Below are positions 61,430 to 64,000 of a stretch of DNA of 64,000 nt, one piece after another; position 1 is the first letter of the stretch, and every line of letters begins with the position of its first letter. The notes below the pieces were generated by a model, which had not been told where the DNA came from, did not search any database, and saw only the letters and a program-made list of their open reading frames with translations. The stretch is taken from the NCBI GenBank assembly GCA_963662405.2, contig CAXXKT010000001.1, positions 1,088,001 through 1,152,000 on the forward strand, read 5' to 3'. The DNA comes from Syntrophales bacterium (GTDB lineage: Bacteria > Desulfobacterota > Syntrophia > Syntrophales > UBA2210). A program made the translations under genes and the position numbers.

Positions 61430-62437
61430 ATGTCTGTAAAAGTAGCTATCAATGGGTTTGGAAGGATAGGGAGATTTCTCGTCAGGGCCTGTCTGGAGAG
61501 GGATGATATCGAAATCGTTGCGATCAATACGCGGGCGGAGACAGCGACCCTTGCGCATCTCCTGAAGTACGACTCCGTGCATGGGAAGATTCATGCCGAT
61601 GTCACCGCGGATGGACAGTCTCTTGTCGTCGGGGGAAGGCGGATACAGGTCACAAACGCCACCGGCGATATGGAGAAGCTCCCCTGGAAGGAGCTGGGTG
61701 TCGATATCGTCATGGAGTCCACCGGAAAATTTCGGACGCGAGATGAGGCGGCCGTCCACCTCAGGGCCGGCGCGAAGAAGGTCATTATCGCGGCCCCCGG
61801 AAAGGGAGTCGATGGGACCTTTGTCATGGGGGTCAACGAAGAGACGTACGACCCGCAAAAACATGATGTCATATCGAATGCATCCTGCACGACCAACTGC
61901 CTCGCCCCGGTTGCCATGGTGTTGCAGGACACCTTTTCCATCGTCAAGGGGCTGATGACGACCGTCCACTCATATACGATGGATCAGCGGCTTCTCGACG
62001 GGTCGCACAAAGACCTGCGGAGGGCCCGGGCCGCCGCCATGTCCATCGTGCCGACCTCCACGGGAGCGGCGAAGGCAGTTGCCGAGGTTATCCCCGCACT
62101 CACGGGGAAGCTGGACGGGCTAGCGCTCAGGGTCCCGACACCGAATGTATCCCTCGTCGATCTCACGGTGGCGGTCGAAAAGGCGACTACGGCGGAGGAA
62201 GTCAACGCCGCGCTAAAGACCGCGGCCGAGGGGAAACTCAAGGGGATTATGGCGTTTTGTGAAGAAGAACTGGTCTCCGTCGATTTTACCTCCGACCCCC
62301 ATTCCTCCCTGGTGGATGCACCCCTTACAAAGGTAATCGGGGAGAACCTCGTCAAGGTCTTTTCGTGGTATGACAACGAAAGCGGTTACGCCTCCCGGAT
62401 GGTAGACCTTGCCATCTATATCGGTAAGGCACTATAA
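61430..62437 (+). CDS. gap: Glyceraldehyde-3-phosphate dehydrogenase
   Basis: [22 protein letters not shown]. Confidence 0.97.
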   Translation: MSVKVAINGFGRIGRFLVRACLERDDIEIVAINTRAETATLAHLLKYDSVHGKIHADVTADGQSLVVGGRRIQVTNATGDMEKLPWKELGVDIVMESTGKFRTRDEAAVHLRAGAKKVIIAAPGKGVDGTFVMGVNEETYDPQKHDVISNASCTTNCLAPVAMVLQDTFSIVKGLMTTVHSYTMDQRLLDGSHKDLRRARAAAMSIVPTSTGAAKAVAEVIPALTGKLDGLALRVPTPNVSLVDLTVAVEKATTAEEVNAALKTAAEGKLKGIMAFCEEELVSVDFTSDPHSSLVDAPLTKVIGENLVKVFSWYDNESGYASRMVDLAIYIGKAL

Positions 62438-62467
62438 CCGACGAAAGACGCAGAGAGGTTAAAAAAC

Positions 62468-63214
62468 ATGATACGGCCAATGATAGCCGCGAACTGGAAG
62501 ATGCACAAAACCGCCACCGAGGCGGTGATGCTGGCGAGAGCATTGAAGGAAGCCTTCCCCGATCCGGGGGACCGTGATATTGTCATTGCCCCCCCCTTTA
62601 CGGCGCTGGGTGCCGTCGGAGCGATCCTGAAGGAGGCCCCGGTGCTTCTGGCGGCCCAAAACATGTACTGGGAGGAGAAAGGGGCCTATACCGGGGAGAT
62701 CGCTCCCGCCATGCTGATCGATGCCGGCTGTGACTTTGTCATCCTGGGGCATTCGGAGCGGCGTACCCTCTTCGGAGAGACCGACGAGATGGTTAACCGG
62801 AAGGTGCGCGCGGCATTGAAGGCCGGCCTGAGGCCCATATTCTGTATTGGGGAGACCCTTGAACAGCGAAAAACAGGGGTGACCTTTGGGATCCTCGAAC
62901 AACAGATAAAAGAAGGATTGAATAATGTAGATTCTGGTGATATAAGGCAGATTGCTGTCGCATATGAGCCCGTCTGGGCGATCGGTACCGGTGAAACGGC
63001 GAGGCCCTCCCAAGCACAGGAGGTGCACCGGTTCATCAGGGAGACGGTAATGTCGCTCGGTGGTGAAGAATCCTCGCAGGTGGTTATTATGTATGGGGGG
63101 AGTGTAAACCCCGAAAACATAGGTCCCCTGATGGATCAGCCTGACATCAACGGCGCTTTGGTGGGCGGGGCGAGTCTGAAGCTCGAAACATTCGCCGATA
63201 TCATACGATTTTAG
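62468..63214 (+). CDS. tpiA: Triosephosphate isomerase
   Basis: ANWKM, GHSERR, AYEPVWAIGTG, YGGSV. Confidence 0.97.
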   Translation: MIRPMIAANWKMHKTATEAVMLARALKEAFPDPGDRDIVIAPPFTALGAVGAILKEAPVLLAAQNMYWEEKGAYTGEIAPAMLIDAGCDFVILGHSERRTLFGETDEMVNRKVRAALKAGLRPIFCIGETLEQRKTGVTFGILEQQIKEGLNNVDSGDIRQIAVAYEPVWAIGTGETARPSQAQEVHRFIRETVMSLGGEESSQVVIMYGGSVNPENIGPLMDQPDINGALVGGASLKLETFADIIRF

Positions 63215-63236
63215 AGAAACAAGGAGACAAGACATA

Positions 63237-63596
63237 GTGCATACGGCTGTAGTGATTTTTCATATTGTAATGTGCATCGGGATGATTCTCATCGTCCTGT
63301 TGCAGACCGGTAAGGGGGCGGACATGGGGGCTGCATTCGGCGGCTCCAGCCAGACCGTCTTCGGGAGCAGTGGACCGGGTACGTTTCTCGGAAAGCTGAC
63401 CACGGGCGTCGCGATATGCTTCATGCTGACATCCCTCTGGCTTGCCTACTCATCGACCCATAAGACGAGTTCCATAATGGAGGGTGTATCCCCGGCCGCA
63501 GTCGAACGGACTGTCCCAACAGATCAAGGAGACAACGCCGCGGCAGGGGACGTAGCGGTGCCAGCACCGGAGCCGGTAAAAAAAGCAGCTGAGTGA
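63237..63596 (+). CDS. secG: Preprotein translocase subunit SecG
   Basis: VLLQTGKGADMGAAFGG.SQTVFGS, two TM helices. Confidence 0.95.
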   Translation: MHTAVVIFHIVMCIGMILIVLLQTGKGADMGAAFGGSSQTVFGSSGPGTFLGKLTTGVAICFMLTSLWLAYSSTHKTSSIMEGVSPAAVERTVPTDQGDNAAAGDVAVPAPEPVKKAAE

Positions 63597-63604
63597 TTTT
63601 TATA

Positions 63605-63633
63605 TTGACAAATCCGGAGAAAAAAATTAGGTT
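63605..63633 (+). promoter_or_regulatory. Sigma-70 promoter of tRNA-Leu
   Basis: TTGACA-17 bp-TAGGTT. Confidence 0.6.
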
Positions 63634-63643
63634 CCGGCCGAAT

Positions 63644-63730
63644 GCCGAAGTGGTGGAATATGGTAGACACGCTATCTTGAGGGGGTAGTGGCTTACGGCC
63701 GTCCCGGTTCAAGTCCGGGCTTCGGCACCA
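63644..63730 (+). tRNA. tRNA-Leu (anticodon GAG)
   Basis: Acceptor stem gccgaag/cttcggc, anticodon loop ttGAGgg, long variable arm, GTTCAAGTC T-loop, encoded CCA. Confidence 0.97.
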
Positions 63731-63737
63731 TGGATTG

Positions 63738-63769
63738 AAGGGGTTGGTTTTGAACCAGCCCCTTTTTTT
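63738..63769 (+). terminator. Intrinsic terminator after tRNA-Leu
   Basis: ggggttggtt-ttg-aaccagcccc followed by T7. Confidence 0.8.
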
Positions 63770-64000
63770 CTTTTTTCAGGAGGCACAGTTGAAATGTAAA
63801 CAGCTGCCTGTTTACAACACAAACCGGGCCACCGGTAGAACAACCAACTCCAAAGCAGAACAATATATTTGATTTTCTTGTTGAAACCGGATCGATGGGT
63901 GGGATCCTGTCCCGGCAGTTTCCCCGGTTCCTAACAACATGCCAGGGCCACGACACGCCGCAGGTACGGGTCTCGAGGCAAATCATACCACCCATCAAGG

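Noticed and set aside
63644..64000. Genomic island at tRNA-Leu, and ORF 63693-63998
   Set aside because: No integrase or duplicated tRNA 3' end is visible in the window, and the ORF runs antisense into the tRNA.
1..64000. CRISPR array, rRNA, integron or prophage
   Set aside because: No regularly spaced repeats, rRNA-like sequence, integrase or phage structural genes were seen by eye.

Overview
A 64-kb window from a GC-rich anaerobic bacterium. The gene content suggests Desulfobacterota, probably Syntrophales-like (inference). Left part (1-16.2 kb): acyl-CoA metabolism (two ADP-forming acyl-CoA synthetase alpha-type proteins and an acyl-CoA dehydrogenase), a polar amino-acid ABC transporter without an ATPase, a membrane hydrolase, a beta-propeller protein, YihY and an amidase. 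16.4-26.3 kb: a type I restriction-modification defence locus (half-size hsdS, hsdM, rhuM, hsdS interrupted by an in-frame TAA, a Schlafen/AlbA_2 gene between hsdS and hsdR, hsdR, and a YgjP/M48 protein). 26.4-31.5 kb: a ~5-kb cassette bounded by 261-bp direct repeats of an SDR gene 3' end. It holds an IS3 remnant, a secreted C39-like peptidase with a coupled partner gene, and a frameshifted pseudogene. 31-45 kb: mixed metabolic and transport genes (third ACD-alpha, NEW3-ABC module, SatP, OFA-type MFS, MobB, DUF364, VKOR-Trx). 45.5-53.6 kb: a ten-gene type II fatty-acid/polyketide-like cluster behind a sigma-54 promoter. It has its own ACP, PPTase and acyltransferase and an acyl-CoA dehydrogenase, but no enoyl-ACP reductase. 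A divergent PAS-domain enhancer-binding protein follows. Right end: an orphan substrate-binding protein, a two-component system, then gap-tpiA-secG-tRNA-Leu(GAG). The best candidates for undescribed systems are the lipid cluster and the Schlafen gene in the PrrC-like position of the RM locus. All family calls come from motif recognition by eye; no database searches were run.
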